A program made the position numbers and the translations under genes. A stretch of 63,712 bases of DNA, counting the filler, from Rhabdomonas costata (lineage: Eukaryota): NCBI GenBank assembly GCA_019059605.1. It is 33 parts of 33 records of this genome, joined end to end, with 100 filler letters (N's around TTAATTAATTAA, not from the genome) between each part and the next. Parts side by side here need not be neighbours in the genome. Positions count along the whole stretch, not along the records: positions 48,350 to 50,182 come from JAHMHO010008443.1; positions 50,283 to 52,113 come from JAHMHO010008444.1; positions 52,214 to 54,046 come from JAHMHO010008445.1; positions 54,147 to 55,979 come from JAHMHO010008446.1; positions 56,080 to 57,912 come from JAHMHO010008447.1; positions 58,013 to 59,844 come from JAHMHO010008448.1; positions 59,945 to 61,779 come from JAHMHO010008449.1; positions 61,880 to 63,712 come from JAHMHO010008450.1; 25 more parts are not named here. The stretch is one strand, 5' to 3'. This document shows, piece after piece, positions 50,176-62,350 of the stretch (its first letter is position 1; every line of letters begins with the position of its first letter). The notes beneath the pieces were generated by a model that was not told the origin of the DNA, searched no databases, and saw only the letters and a program-made list of their open reading frames with translations.

Positions 50176-50290
50176 AAACAAANNNNNNNNNNNNNNNNNN
50201 NNNNNNNNNNNNNNNNNNNNNNNNNNTTAATTAATTAANNNNNNNNNNNNNNNNNNNNNNNNNNNNNNNNNNNNNNNNNNNNTTTTGGTG

Positions 50291-50444
50291 GTAACGTGTT
50301 AACTCCTCCCCCCTCCAAAAAAACATACCCGCACACACACACCTTTCTTTCCTCACTCCACTCGGGCCTATCCGTTGTGAGGAAAGAAAGGTGTGTGTGT
50401 GTGCGGGTATGTTTTTTTGGAGGGGGGAGGAGTTAACACGTTAC
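50291..50444. repeat. Inverted repeat of about 66 bp at a contig start (fold-back amplification chimera)
   Basis: 50291-50356 is the reverse complement of 50377-50444 except for one CA unit. It starts 8 nt from the contig start. Confidence 0.8.
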
Positions 50445-50834
50445 ATACCAAAAGTCAAATTATTGGAAGACGCAGGGTAGGGAGCATAACACGTAACCCC
50501 TGCAATGAGAGAGGATCAGGTCTCGCAATGGGTCGCAATGTGGAGAAGGATCATCCTTTTGGTGAGAACCACTCTTGATACTCTTACTGACACATCATCA
50601 ACACCTTAATCCCATGAACCCCTAACCCCTCCCCCAGAAAGCACCATAGCACTTCATGGGTCCATACAGCACCCGTTCAATCAATGGCTCTCGTTCACTT
50701 CAGACTGTGCAAATCCAGATCAGGTGCATCACGTCCTAACCCCTATACAAGTCTTTTATTCGAATCCTTAGTGTCCACGCCCCCTCCCCCCGAAAAAAAA
50801 GCATAGCAGGACTCAATGCGTTCACATCACATAC

Positions 50835-51118
50835 AAGTGGTTGTGCTCGAGGTACTGGCACAGCGCCACCGCGGCGGGCCACACTTGAAAGGCAATCCCC
50901 CGGCATGGCTGCACCGCGGCCTGCACCACCACCCCACATACCTCCACTGCCTGCACCCCGCTACACGACGACCCATCCTCTGCACTGTTCTCAAGTTCAG
51001 TGGGCGAACTCAGTTGTGGTTCGCCTGCAAAGTTCTCGTCCTCGGAGGCAAAGAGGAAGCACCCGCTGCCAGGGAGCACGCCACCCCCCTCATTCTCGTC
51101 GTCACTGCTCAAAGCCAT
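50835..51118 (-). CDS. METTL21-like protein lysine methyltransferase (Methyltransf_16 family), first exon
   Basis: MALSSDDENEGGG...VVVQAAVQPCRGIAFQVWPAAVALCQYLEHNH, then a GTATGT donor. GxxxxVWPAAxxLxxYL is the family N-terminal motif. A pyrimidine-rich AG lies at about 51196. Confidence 0.8.
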
Positions 51119-52003
51119 TGGAGAGGACAGCACGGGTCTCCACCTAACCACTCAATCACTCACTTCGTCACGTCCTTTGCTAACGCTAACACGGCCTGAG
51201 AGAAAAAACCAGACAACAGACGGTCAGAACGCGGCAGAAAGGTCTGTGAGCAGATATCAGAATGATTCAATACGAGAACCAAAAACGTTACAACGTCACT
51301 GTTTTCTTCAATATCCCTCGCTGCTTCGTTTATAATGGCACATTCTTTTCGTTACCTTGTTTAAGTGCCTAGAACTCCATTTCGTTGCTTGCCCAACCGG
51401 CCCTCTTAAACAACACGACTTTAGCGGCCCTCCAGGACACAAGTACATAGGCGGTCGCGGGCTGGGCTTTCAACAAAGTGTGCCCCCCCAGCACCGTTCG
51501 TCCGGACTCAATCAGACCACAGGAAAAATACCTCAGACCAACATAAAATCTCTGCAAACAGCTGAAAGGTGTGTTCTGGTGAGGGAATCAGAGCCATTGC
51601 TATTACAGACATTTTTGGCATTGATGATGTGCAGGCTTTTGTTTTTTTTGCACAGCAAAGTATTCAAGGGGAGAACAAGAAGATCGTTTATCTGCTTAAA
51701 CTCACCCGAAAAATAAAAAGGTAACTTTCTGGTGAGGGCTGACACACGCACTTGCATATGCGCATGGAGCCCTGATCACTCAAACGCGGCCAACCACAGA
51801 GCAAAAGACATTCCTTCCCCAATGCCAATGCGAAAAGGGACAGCCACATCAACACCACCACAACTGCACAGACAACCAGTCAAGTGACATAAACATGAAA
51901 CATGAAACATGAAAGGCAAACTTCCCCCCGCCCAATGCCGCAGATCAGGGTGCGGTTCATGCGGTTCCATGGTCCTGGCCTTTCCTCTGATCTGCCCTCC
52001 GCT

Positions 52004-52097
52004 TCAGAGCTTGGTGGGCCAGATCGAGCCATGGCGCAGAAGGGTCGCCACAGGGGCCTCGGAATCCTTGCTAGCACTGCTGGAGGTCTTGTGAGAC
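52004..52097 (-). CDS. Possible terminal exon of an upstream gene
   Basis: After a GCAG acceptor: SHKTSSSASKDSEAPVATLLRHGSIWPTKL*. The frame choice is uncertain. Confidence 0.3.
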
Positions 52098-52253
52098 CTG
52101 CACCCCAACCCACNNNNNNNNNNNNNNNNNNNNNNNNNNNNNNNNNNNNNNNNNNNNTTAATTAATTAANNNNNNNNNNNNNNNNNNNNNNNNNNNNNNN
52201 NNNNNNNNNNNNNGTGGTTGGGGTCGGGATCAGGGTTGGGGGGGCGCATTCAG

Positions 52254-53528
52254 AATGGAAGGAGCGGGGCAACCAGGCCTTTGTGGCGCAGGAGTTCTCC
52301 AAGGCTGTGCATTGTTTCACCAAGGGCCTGGAGATCCAGCCCCACAATGAGCTGTTCTGGAGCAATCGCTCCGCGGCGTACTGCTCGCTGCAGGTCACTG
52401 CGCTGCCGGGTGTCAGTGTGTAAGCAGTACAATTGGCTGCGTCCTTTCCTCGGGGTTAGTTCCCAGGCAAGAAGGGAACGATGAAAAGGGGAAATTGCTG
52501 CTCAGAGGGTCCGCCCATTCGAGACTGTCGAACAAAGAATCTACCCAGACCTGAGTGGTGAAACATATAGAGGGAGTTATGGTTTTAATTGTAGCCCGTG
52601 CAGCCCAAAGCGAAATTATTTCCGTCAGGTCCTCACTGATACCGATGGCTTTGCACTTAACTGCGCGCGGTTGTTTTTGTAACAGGAGTATGGCAAAGCC
52701 CTGGCGGATTCTGACAAGGTAATCGAGCTGAAGCCCGACTGGGCGAAGGTACGGCTCACGCCGCCTGGATGGGCAACCGTGTGAGAACGGCGTGCGCAGC
52801 GCCCAGCTTTTGGACAGTCTGAAATTGTTTGGCTGCGTTACATTGTGGCAATGATGTTCGATGGTTCCGAACAGGGTTAATTTGCGGGCCTGTGCGCGGA
52901 ATTTCGCAGCTGTGCTTTGACAGGGTGGAGCGCTGTTTGCATCGAGGGGAATATCGATTGTCGATATTTAGTTGAAGTGACTGCGGCAAGGAATCCGTCA
53001 CTTAACAATAGTAGGCTTTTGGGGGTTTCTATAAGTCCAGAAAATGCAAGCGCTACGTCGATATTATTTAATAACTTCTACTACCTCCTTCACTGTTTCT
53101 TTTTGCAGGCGTATTCGCGTCGAGCTGCCGCCCTTCACGGCTTGCAGCGCTATGAGGAGGCCATTGCCGCGTACAAAAAGGGTTTGCATGTGTTGAATCA
53201 TATGGTACTCTAAACGGTGGTGAGCACTCAAGCGGATGCAGGTCTTATATTGGGCCGTGACACTGACAGGACGTCAGACTTCTTGGCAGGAATGCCGTGG
53301 TGTCGTCAGCATTCCATTTTTCGGTTGTCAAAAAGGCTTGCCCATCGGCTGTGGTTGTTGTTTCCTTCTCCTTGCCTTGGTTCGTTTCCCTTGCGTTGAC
53401 ATTTCTGCTCGAATCCGGAGGCGCCTCTCCAATTTTTTCCCTTTCCCCAAATTTTTTTTCGCGCGGTTGCAGGCCTGGAGCTTGACCCATCCAACATTCA
53501 GCTGCAGAAATCTCTGGAGGTTGTCGAG
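52254..53528 (+). CDS. STI1/HOP-like TPR co-chaperone domain protein, partial, 4 exons
   Basis: Exons 52254-52393, 52686-52748, 53109-53181 and 53473-53528 (GT-AG). Peptide: EWKERGNQAFVAQEFSKAVHCFTKGLEIQPHNELFWSNRSAAYCSLQ/EYGKALADSDKVIELKPDWAK/AYSRRAAALHGLQRYEEAIAAYKKG/LELDPSNIQLQKSLE. Carboxylate-clamp K, N, N, K, R residues are present. Confidence 0.92.
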
Positions 53529-54620
53529 GTTGAGTACCGGAATGCCCCGGTGTGTTATAACTTGACTTGGTGCATAGCATCTAGTGTGATATAGGGAACC
53601 TCTCTTATGAGAACCCTCGAACGGACGCAAAACGGGCTGTCTGCTGGCTAATTAGAGTCCACATGAGCTGTATACTATATAAATCAGGTTGCGCCCCTAT
53701 GCCTCCTCCCCTGCCTGGAACTGCTGTACATTGACGGAAAAAGCCTGGGGGCAGTTTGGTAGCGGACGCCTTCTCGGGGACAGTGGTCCCGCCACCCTCG
53801 GGCTATACGGTGGGACGGGACGAGCTCCGCGAATGCGAGCAGCCACGAGAGTCGAACACTTGAACACGCAAGCGCTTCGGCTCACCTTGTTCAAGTTGTG
53901 GTTGTGTTGTCCCTTTCCGTGTCGCCAAACATAACTTCAAGCACTAATTGTATCCATCCTCCCTCCCTCCCGGGCAAAGCAACGATTTCCACTTGCAACC
54001 ATGGATTGCATCGAGCCGTCGACAAAAAATGCCCCAAACCACCAACNNNNNNNNNNNNNNNNNNNNNNNNNNNNNNNNNNNNNNNNNNNNTTAATTAATT
54101 AANNNNNNNNNNNNNNNNNNNNNNNNNNNNNNNNNNNNNNNNNNNNTTTGTGGTGGTATGAATGCACAGTGTTATGGTAGTAGGGACAGCCCGGCTGTCT
54201 GAATACGTCACGTGTACCTCGCCTAAAGGTAATGGGGTGGGTTTATGGGACACACAGGGAAAAGTGGGAGGGTATCGGATCTTTTTTATTGGGCAAAATG
54301 TGTTAACTGAAAATTTGGCTTTTTTCCCGGAGGTGCTCCCCAGAATTTTTTTGGGGGCGTTGCAAAGGAACGGCGAGGCAATAGAAGTTGCCAATAAAAG
54401 CGTTTGAAAGCCATACAAACAAGAATGGGTGTTTGCTTGTTTCTGCGACGGAAATGACAGGAATTGAAAACTTTCTCCGGCATAGGGGTGGCGGTGGCTT
54501 GTAGCGTGTTTTTTCCGATTGAGCGGAGGAGAGGCCGGAACACAAATGAAAACAGCCGTGTTGAAATCTGCAAACGGTCAATAGGAAAGCAAGGAACCAT
54601 CGAATTGCTTTGTACATTTT

Positions 54621-54684
54621 TGTTACGCCACAGCCCCAGGCACGTGAACGGGTGTTACGCCAGAGCCCCAGGCACGTGAACGGG
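54621..54684. repeat. 32-bp tandem duplication with 1 mismatch
   Basis: tgttacgcca(c/g)agccccaggcacgtgaacggg, two copies. Confidence 0.9.
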
Positions 54685-56434
54685 GTGCAGAAAGTATTGT
54701 GGTGGTGGACGGGTGCGCAAAGGACGGTAGTGTCTTGCTCCAGGTTCTATTTACAAGAATGTCCAGAAGAACTAATGTCAAATAACGGGTATTTTTTTTT
54801 AGAGAGAAGAGTTTTTGTACCACGAAAAGAGGGTATACTCGAAGCTCAGTGGTGGTTCCGGCGTAAATAGGCAGGGCTCGAATTGGACCAGTCGCGGTTG
54901 GTTGCGACGAAGACGGTGGGTTGCAGTGGATTATGCATAAAAACATCAATTCCCAATTAGAATCAAAACCACAACCTATTAATATGCGAAGTGGACACAT
55001 TGCTCAATCCCTTTGTGCACCAGCGGCAGTCAACCGCGAAACAAAAAAGCACATGAGCACACTAAAGTTACAAGTACGGAGGTGATGTGGGTTCTGTTGC
55101 TCAAGCAACAGCCAAGAGGGCAGGATGACATGAATGAAAGAGAGTTTCTGTTGCTGATGCAACAGCAGGGGGTGAATAACGGCTTGATTTACACATACAA
55201 AAGGGGTGCATGGGAGAAAGATGGTGATTTTGCAGCTCCCAGGGCAATTATGAGAAGGAGCTAGATGGCCGAACATCTCAGTCATCTCAGTTTGTGTGCG
55301 TGTTTGTATGCAGGTTGATTTTGGTAAACAAAACAAACAATTGGTGAATATGGGAGTTGAATCAAAGCACCACAAAGCACAACACTTAGAATCTGCAGAG
55401 TAGCGGAGCGCCGTCAGGGAAGCTGATGGTGCGGAGCACAGCACAAAAAGGGTGCGCTTGCAAGAAGATGGTGGGTGTAGGCACGACATAAACAGAATCA
55501 GGTCGCCGGTAAACGACCATCAATGTGTTCCCGTGACCGCGCGGTTCTCGCGAAAACTGCTCATGCTGCAAAAACGAACCTAAGCGCCACCCCACCATCG
55601 ACTGCCAGCTCAGAATCGTTGTGTAAACCAAGTCATAAAGTTGGAGTCAAGCTGGGAAGAATGCCACAGGAAAACTGGGAAGGATTCCACACCTAACAAG
55701 TCCGATGTGGGAGGCCTCTAAAATGAGCAGGTGCGAAAAATGTTGTCCGCAACGGAGCAAAATGGGGAGTACCAGCTAAAGCCGTTTCACACGTGATTGC
55801 AAAAATGTGAGCCAAAGGGAACCATAATATACAAGTCAAACATCCCATCCTCCCCTTGAGACGGAGACTGAGACGAAGCATGAGAGCATGGTTGTTGAGA
55901 GCATGGTAGAAGTGAGCATGGTTGAGACGGACGTACAGCAACAGCACCAACCCTGACAACGGAATCGCGAACACCAACANNNNNNNNNNNNNNNNNNNNN
56001 NNNNNNNNNNNNNNNNNNNNNNNTTAATTAATTAANNNNNNNNNNNNNNNNNNNNNNNNNNNNNNNNNNNNNNNNNNNNGGTTTGGGGGCATTTGTTGGA
56101 GGGGGGAAAGGAGGTGCGAAAGCCTGAGGTGTTTACCTACGGAAGATTTGCCTTGCATTGGGTGAAGTCTAGTGAAGGGTCCGGAGAAATCTGTCCTTTG
56201 AAATTACACCCGGAGATGTGAGCTTGGTAAAGTATTATCTAGAATTCAATCTGGTACCATTGATATGTGCGAAGAATCACACAACTTAGCGGGGGATGAA
56301 ACCCGACAGACAGCACGGTATGGCGTGACGGGGGATGGAGCCCGTGCTCTGGGTCGCAATCCGAAGAATCACACGCGAGAAAGGAAGAGAAAGGAAGGGC
56401 GAAAAATGTGAGAGGTGCATTGGGGCTGACGGGC

Positions 56435-56636
56435 TCAGGGAGACGACGGCACCGCGTCATCTTTTGCTGTAGGACCGGGGCCAAGCGCGGATCCGTCTCT
56501 CGCCACCGGCTGGATAGGGGTTAAGGGCTGGAGCGATGAGGGCTCTGCAGGGCCATGGAAGAAGCGGCACTTATTCCCAAAAGAGCAGCTTCCGGGCTGC
56601 CCTGTCCAGTTCCTGCACCGCCTCGCCTTGCATCCG
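56435..56636 (-). CDS. CCCH zinc finger protein, terminal exon
   Basis: After a CAG acceptor: GCKARRCRNWTGQPGSCSFGNKCRFFHGP...AVPSSP* (C-x9-C-x5-C-x3-H). A possible upstream RRM-like exon lies at ~57127-57179 (SAKVGFAHKDDAEQAAR). Confidence 0.8.
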
Positions 56637-58363
56637 CTGCGAAACAAACATAACCACTGCCCCCGTTGACCCTTGGGACCTCGCATAACGAAGCAGCGCC
56701 ACAACGCCAGCACAACACCTAACACCCAGAAAGGCATCAGAGCAATTTTCCTGGACACCAGGGCTAGTGCGGGATTGCAACTCCACCGCAGGCATGGCTG
56801 GCCAATGCCATTGCCCAATAAAACAAACGCCAGAGACTTGGGTTCGAAACAGCAGTCGACATTGGCGTTTCTTTCCTCGTTTTTCGAGTGGTACTCCCAG
56901 AAGAACCATTTGCCAGACATCAGTAATTGCCCCAAGAACTACACATCCATATACTTGCCCACGATCGGACCATTCCATTATGTATAACTGCCACCAGAGC
57001 ACACGTACTCGCGACGAAACCGCACAGACAAACATCCCAACAGGCGAAACATGCAAAGATACTCGGGAAGCTCTTCACCCAGCAGAGCCACGGTGACCAT
57101 AGTCCCCAGCATCGGGCACGGCGAGACTCTCGCCGCTTGCTCTGCGTCGTCCTTGTGAGCAAAGCCCACCTTGGCACTGCTGTGAGTTCCACAAAGTGAT
57201 AATGAGGAGGAGGAAATTGGAAAAGACTGGGGTGGGCAAACGGCGGGAAATCGGAAAAGGCTCGCAATTGTTGTGCTTCACCGATCAGTGAGTGCCGTTA
57301 AGTGGCTAAAGGGTCAGCGTCATGACACGTTGACCACATCGCTAGAGAAACCCAGGTCAATTTTTCTCTTGCGCACTTACAAACACAGAAAACCCCCTTC
57401 GGAAGAATGGGAGATGCCGTAAAGACATCGGTACTGCCAATCGGTAATGCTTCTGTTTCTGGTCTAGGAGGGATCGAAAGCTCTGGCCATCAAATCGACA
57501 CAAGAAGGCGGTCGTTTACCCGCTCATTAGCCCCATCCCCACACGGCCCCCTTTCAACATTCTCCACGTTGTTAAAAAGAACAACTTACGAGAGGCAAAA
57601 CTGGCATCTAGTTGACGGGGACGGACATTAATCTTTCCATGCGTAGCCGTGCGAGCGGGGAACGTTGGGTGATCCTTTTCAGCAGCCCTGCTCAACTGCT
57701 CAAGAACCAAAAGTCCATTAAAAACGCCTCCCAGACACGCATGCATATCAAACCATCACCGAAAACACGCTCTGGGCACACCTCCTGCACAGCGCATAGA
57801 AGAACTACCGCCGCTGGCGGGAGACATTTTTTCAGACGTTGCCAAGTGAGTGGCGGTGAAATTAGGGGAGGTGCACACACACATGCGCTGGGGTCCGCCT
57901 GCGCAACACAACNNNNNNNNNNNNNNNNNNNNNNNNNNNNNNNNNNNNNNNNNNNNTTAATTAATTAANNNNNNNNNNNNNNNNNNNNNNNNNNNNNNNN
58001 NNNNNNNNNNNNGGTTTGTGTGACCACCCTGGTCTGCTTTGTGTGAAAACCCTGCCGTTGCTTTCAGAGAAATCGGGGGATGGCTGCGTTGTATGTGTTA
58101 TTTTGTGGCTGTGACAGGACCCAAATGGAGCGGAGTTCACCTGTGTGTGCTTCGATCTGAGATGGGATGGGCCTGAGACGCCGGTGGACGTTGCTCCGTA
58201 GTAGAAGGTCTTCAGTGCCCCTCCGTAAGTTGAGTTGAGGATGATACTTGCTTGCCGCCCGATTATCTGAAGGGTTTTTTTTTGCCGTTTTCGGCTCCGA
58301 TTTATTACAATGCCCCACTCAACCGTGTTGTGCGACATCTTTGCCATGAACATTGGGCGTCAG

Positions 58364-59469
58364 CTTATCGAAGAAGAGGTGGAGCTGCTGCAACTTCTCT
58401 CGGCTCGCGGTGTGGCAAAGGTGAACGCCGACTTTTCGCAAGGTTTGCTTTGTATTATCACGCTCATTCTCATTGCTTTTTACGCTTTTGGCAGCACGCT
58501 CCATTGCAACGATTTGGGCTTGTGGGGCACCGCTGCTGCTGTTCCCCCTGCCCTGCAGCAATCCATTGATGCCCTAGAAATTGCAGACTGAGTACCTGTG
58601 AGGCCTGCTCAAGCCATAGAAGATAATCTGAAACCTTCTAACCTTCTACCTTCTAACGACAATGCGTTTTCACATAGTGTGGTGCAAAGGGCCTGTGCTC
58701 GCCACGGTGTTTTTCGCAGTCAAGCTCAAACGCTTTTCATTGGATCCCACTCACTAAAACTCGCGCACTTCCCATTCTGCTTTCGCTTTTGGTTTCCGTT
58801 TCGCTGGGCACGCAGGGATCAACCTTGAGCACACCTTGGCCGAGCTCAAGGTGGTGCACAAGGCCCTTTGCAGACGAAAGGCACTGGCGGAGGGCGTGCT
58901 CCCGGATTCGATGCTTCCCCTTGTGAGACAAATGAGGCGCCCGCTGACGACGGAGGAGATGGTTCTGTTCACAGGGACTTCGGTGGTCGCACTGCAACAA
59001 GAGATCGCCCGCAGAGCAAAGAAGGGGGTGCGCGCTGTGCTTTGGCCATTTTCCAAGGATCGTTTCGGACCTGATGAATGACGCTGCGTTGGTGGTGGTC
59101 CCATTTTATCCAACCGAAAGCCCTTATCTCATTCTGAGAAGTGATTGCCCACAGGGGTGGGTGTACACATAAATCTTGTGCCGGAGCCTTCGCCTTGAGT
59201 ACCTTTCCCTTCTCTGGCCGTCGTAGGGAGAAGCACTGGAGGACATCGTGCAGGAGCTCGCCGAGGAACACAGGCAGAGGCTGCTGCACAGCAGCGCCCT
59301 GCGGCTGGCCTGCGAGGAGAACAAGCGGGTCTGCCTGACCCCACTCAGCCCGACTCAGCTGAATCCCTGCGATCCCATTGGGCTGACGGTGTCTGTGACG
59401 GAGGTTGCTGGAAAGAACGAGCGGCTTCGGGTGGGGCTTGGCCCCGTGGTGACGTGGTTTTCGGAGACG
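58364..59469 (+). CDS. Hypothetical protein, partial, 3 exons
   Basis: Exons 58364-58442, 58816-59027 and 59227-59469 with phase-compatible GT-AG junctions. Peptide: LIEEEVELLQLLSARGVAKVNADFSQG/INLEHTLAELKVVHKALCRR...EIARRAKKG/GEALEDIVQELAEEHRQRLL...VVTWFSET. Confidence 0.7.
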
Positions 59470-60853
59470 GTACGCTTTTGGGAAGTAAGTGGCGCCTGTT
59501 TTCTTCAGATGATTTGCGTTGCGCGTGCGGCCCAACAGTCGTTGATGGAGGGGGTGGGGAGTTGTGGCCTTGATAGAAAGGATTGGCAGTGTTCCGCGAG
59601 GTGATTTTCCTTTCGCAACGTGTTCCGGAGCTTACAAGGGGTTAGAGGTTAGACGGCAATGAAGGTACTTCTTAAGAGAGAGGATCTTGGCCTTGCAGAG
59701 GGTAGTTGTTAATGCACGGTTAGGGAACATGCCCGGAGGCTGGGTCCGGTGGGACCCCTCCCCCGGCCAGCTTGTCATTGTTTGTGGCAAGGAAAATAAA
59801 CGTTTTGCTTTGTAATGAACATTAGATGCTTCTCTTGTCGGGTGNNNNNNNNNNNNNNNNNNNNNNNNNNNNNNNNNNNNNNNNNNNNTTAATTAATTAA
59901 NNNNNNNNNNNNNNNNNNNNNNNNNNNNNNNNNNNNNNNNNNNNGTGTTGGGGGAACCCAGCGCTAGCGCTGGCTTTACTATTGTGTGCAGGCTTGTGTT
60001 CTCAGTTGCGGATTGTTTAGGAACGTCTGAGCCCCAGTTATTCTTCCATCCATTTACTTCCACTCTCCTTCTGTCCCAATACTTTGATCGAGCATCGCCC
60101 TCTGATCCGGAACATTCCGGTGCGAACTAACATATCCATGAGACCAGGATACCACGTACCTCGTACCTCGTGCCACTCCCCCCCCCCTCCTCACGCTCCA
60201 ACACACACTCCAATACTCTACTTCACAAAAGCCCAAAATACAAGATTAGACGTGGGACAGTGGGCAAGGCCGTAATGACATCCATCATGTTGATTTCAAC
60301 CTTCCTCACCTCTGCTGGGTGGGCTTAACCCCCCCCCCAAAAAAAAATACAAGAGGCCCCCTTCACGTGCGCGATTTCTCGAGAACTGGGAGATGTGCAA
60401 GACTTCTTACCAGAAATCCTTGCACGTTTCCCTCCTAAAGAGGTCTACCTTATGCCCCGCAGCACACAGGCAAAACGGCGCTAAGACGCCAACTGAGTCG
60501 GGCACAGCCCCTGATGGATCTTTTCCGCTCTGCCAATATCAGGGGTTCAATCCAGATATGCCTCACTGACGCCCTTTCTTCTTCTTTTCATGTGAAACTT
60601 TGCTTTGTTTTCTTTTCCACAGGGCGCTGGACTCGCTGGTCTCTATTCCTGCGAGGCTTTTGTGAAACAGGGTGACGGTGGACCAATCCCCAGTAGCCCT
60701 CCAGTCGTCCTGCCAACGTTCACTTTTTTTGAGCGTTTCTTTGTGCGTGTGTGCGAGCGTGTGTGGTGCGGCTGAGCTCTGTGAGGGTCTGCGATTGCGT
60801 GTGAGAGTGGGTTCGCTGTGAGGGAGGAGTGAGTTAGTGTCATTGAGGGGAAT

Positions 60854-60984
60854 ATGGAAGAAGCAAGCTGCGGAGCTGTGGAGTCCACTGTTGCGATATG
60901 CCCGTCACTGGAGATCGCCTTTGCAGAGCATGCCCAGCAGCACGGGGAGCGTGTACCGGCAGACTCTGTCGTTTCCGTGCTTCG
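60854..60984 (+). CDS. Possible first exon of a hypothetical protein
   Basis: MEEASCGAVESTVAICPSLEIAFAEHAQQHGERVPADSVVSVLR, then a CG|GT donor. Weak resemblance to a degenerate EF-hand. Confidence 0.3.
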
Positions 60985-62173
60985 GTGTACCCACCCTCTT
61001 CCACCGCAATTCACCCACCGCACAGCCCACCAAGTACGGGCGTATTTCGCCGACGGCGGCGACAAGGGGTCTTGTAACGAAGCGAAGGGTTTTCCGTGTT
61101 CATTCAGTCCTTTTGCTGGTTCGTAGATCTGCTCCTCTGTTTCCCCCGAAACAAAGCGCATGCTGTACAAAATCCCGTATCTTGGGGGCGCGGTGTTTTT
61201 TAACCCTCAAAATGTGGTTGTGATGACTTCTTACCGGTAAAAAGACATTGTAGTGCATGGTGATTCGAGCTCAAAAACGGCTCAAAAACCAACGCCCTGC
61301 CACGCTCGATGGCGGGCTCGAAAACTGGTCTTGTTATTGTAAAAATCGGTGCTTTTGCCATGAAACCAGTCATTTTGAGGCTCCAAGTGCTCTTTTCGTG
61401 TTTCTCAACCCAAAAACAATCGAGAAATATACCACCACCTTTTCCAGCTTGCTCTCGATGTCAACTTCGTTTTGTTGGCAAAATGTGCTGTTTCTTAGCT
61501 GTTTCTTTTTTAAAAAAAAATTCGGGGTCACATTTGTTTAGCCGTGCCCTTCACTTCACCGCGTTCGTTCCTACCTTCCTTTCCTTTCGTTGCGGAACCA
61601 GGGGTCCGAAGTGTTGGATCCGCAGTGCTAGTCATCAGTACCCAACCCAACCTCACTTCCTCCCCAAGATCCGTTGGCCAGCTAAATGGCATGTGAATTC
61701 CTTCACATTTTCGCTTAAATCGGCGTGAAAACCCGATTTTTTTTTAGCCCAGGCGGGGGGCGGGGTCCCTTCTCGATGGNNNNNNNNNNNNNNNNNNNNN
61801 NNNNNNNNNNNNNNNNNNNNNNNTTAATTAATTAANNNNNNNNNNNNNNNNNNNNNNNNNNNNNNNNNNNNNNNNNNNNTGTGGTTTGGCAGGGGGCCTC
61901 ACGTGAACGCACTGGACGTTTCGCCCCTGGAGTGAGAATCCTAAATCCTAAAAAGTTCATGGAGCAGATTACCTTGGAGACCACACACAAACTGATGTCT
62001 GGGGTTTGGCAAAGAAGGCGCACACACATGCCCCTCCATCTCGATCGATCGGAAAGCAAAAAAAAAATCTGAGTGAAAGGTCAGGGTTTTCTGACCCCAA
62101 GGACCGGCCACGCAACGTCGGGAGGCCTGCTTTAAAAATTAAGACCCCAGGCCAGGAAAATACAAAGCGGCAC

Positions 62174-62350
62174 CGCTGGATGTGCGTGGCGGCGATGTAC
62201 TCCAGACGCCACCGGGAGTCGTCGCGGCACTCCAAGTCGTCCATGCTGTCCAGGAGGTTGAGCACGCGCTTCCTGGCCAGCGCGCCGCGGACCCGGGCCT
62301 GAGCCCGCAGCAGACCGTGGTACGCCGCGGTGCTGTACTCCAGCAGTTCC
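62174..62350 (-). CDS. IQ calmodulin-binding motif protein, internal exon
   Basis: GC-rich exon bounded by CAG and GT: ELLEYSTAAYHGLLRAQARVRGALARKRVLNLLDSMDDLECRDDSRWRLEYIAATHIQR. It has one full motif (AQARVRGALARK) and the start of a second. Confidence 0.8.

Larger units (their letters stand above)
1837..61879. other. 32 artificial contig linkers (44 N + TTAATTAATTAA + 44 N) separating 33 contigs of about 1.83 kb
   Basis: Identical 100-nt spacers at 1837-1936, 3775-3874, 5710-5809 ... 61780-61879. The core puts stop codons in all six frames. Contig lengths are 1828-1838 nt. Confidence 0.99.

Noticed and set aside
60622..60670. GAGLAGL Rossmann-like mini-exon
   Set aside because: Only 16 codons, the frame is ambiguous and no continuing oxidoreductase exon was found.
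1881..61835. TTAATTAATTAA recurring every ~1.93 kb, as a regular array or a biological motif
   Set aside because: Always centred in exactly 44+44 N. It is a six-frame-stop linker added during contig concatenation.
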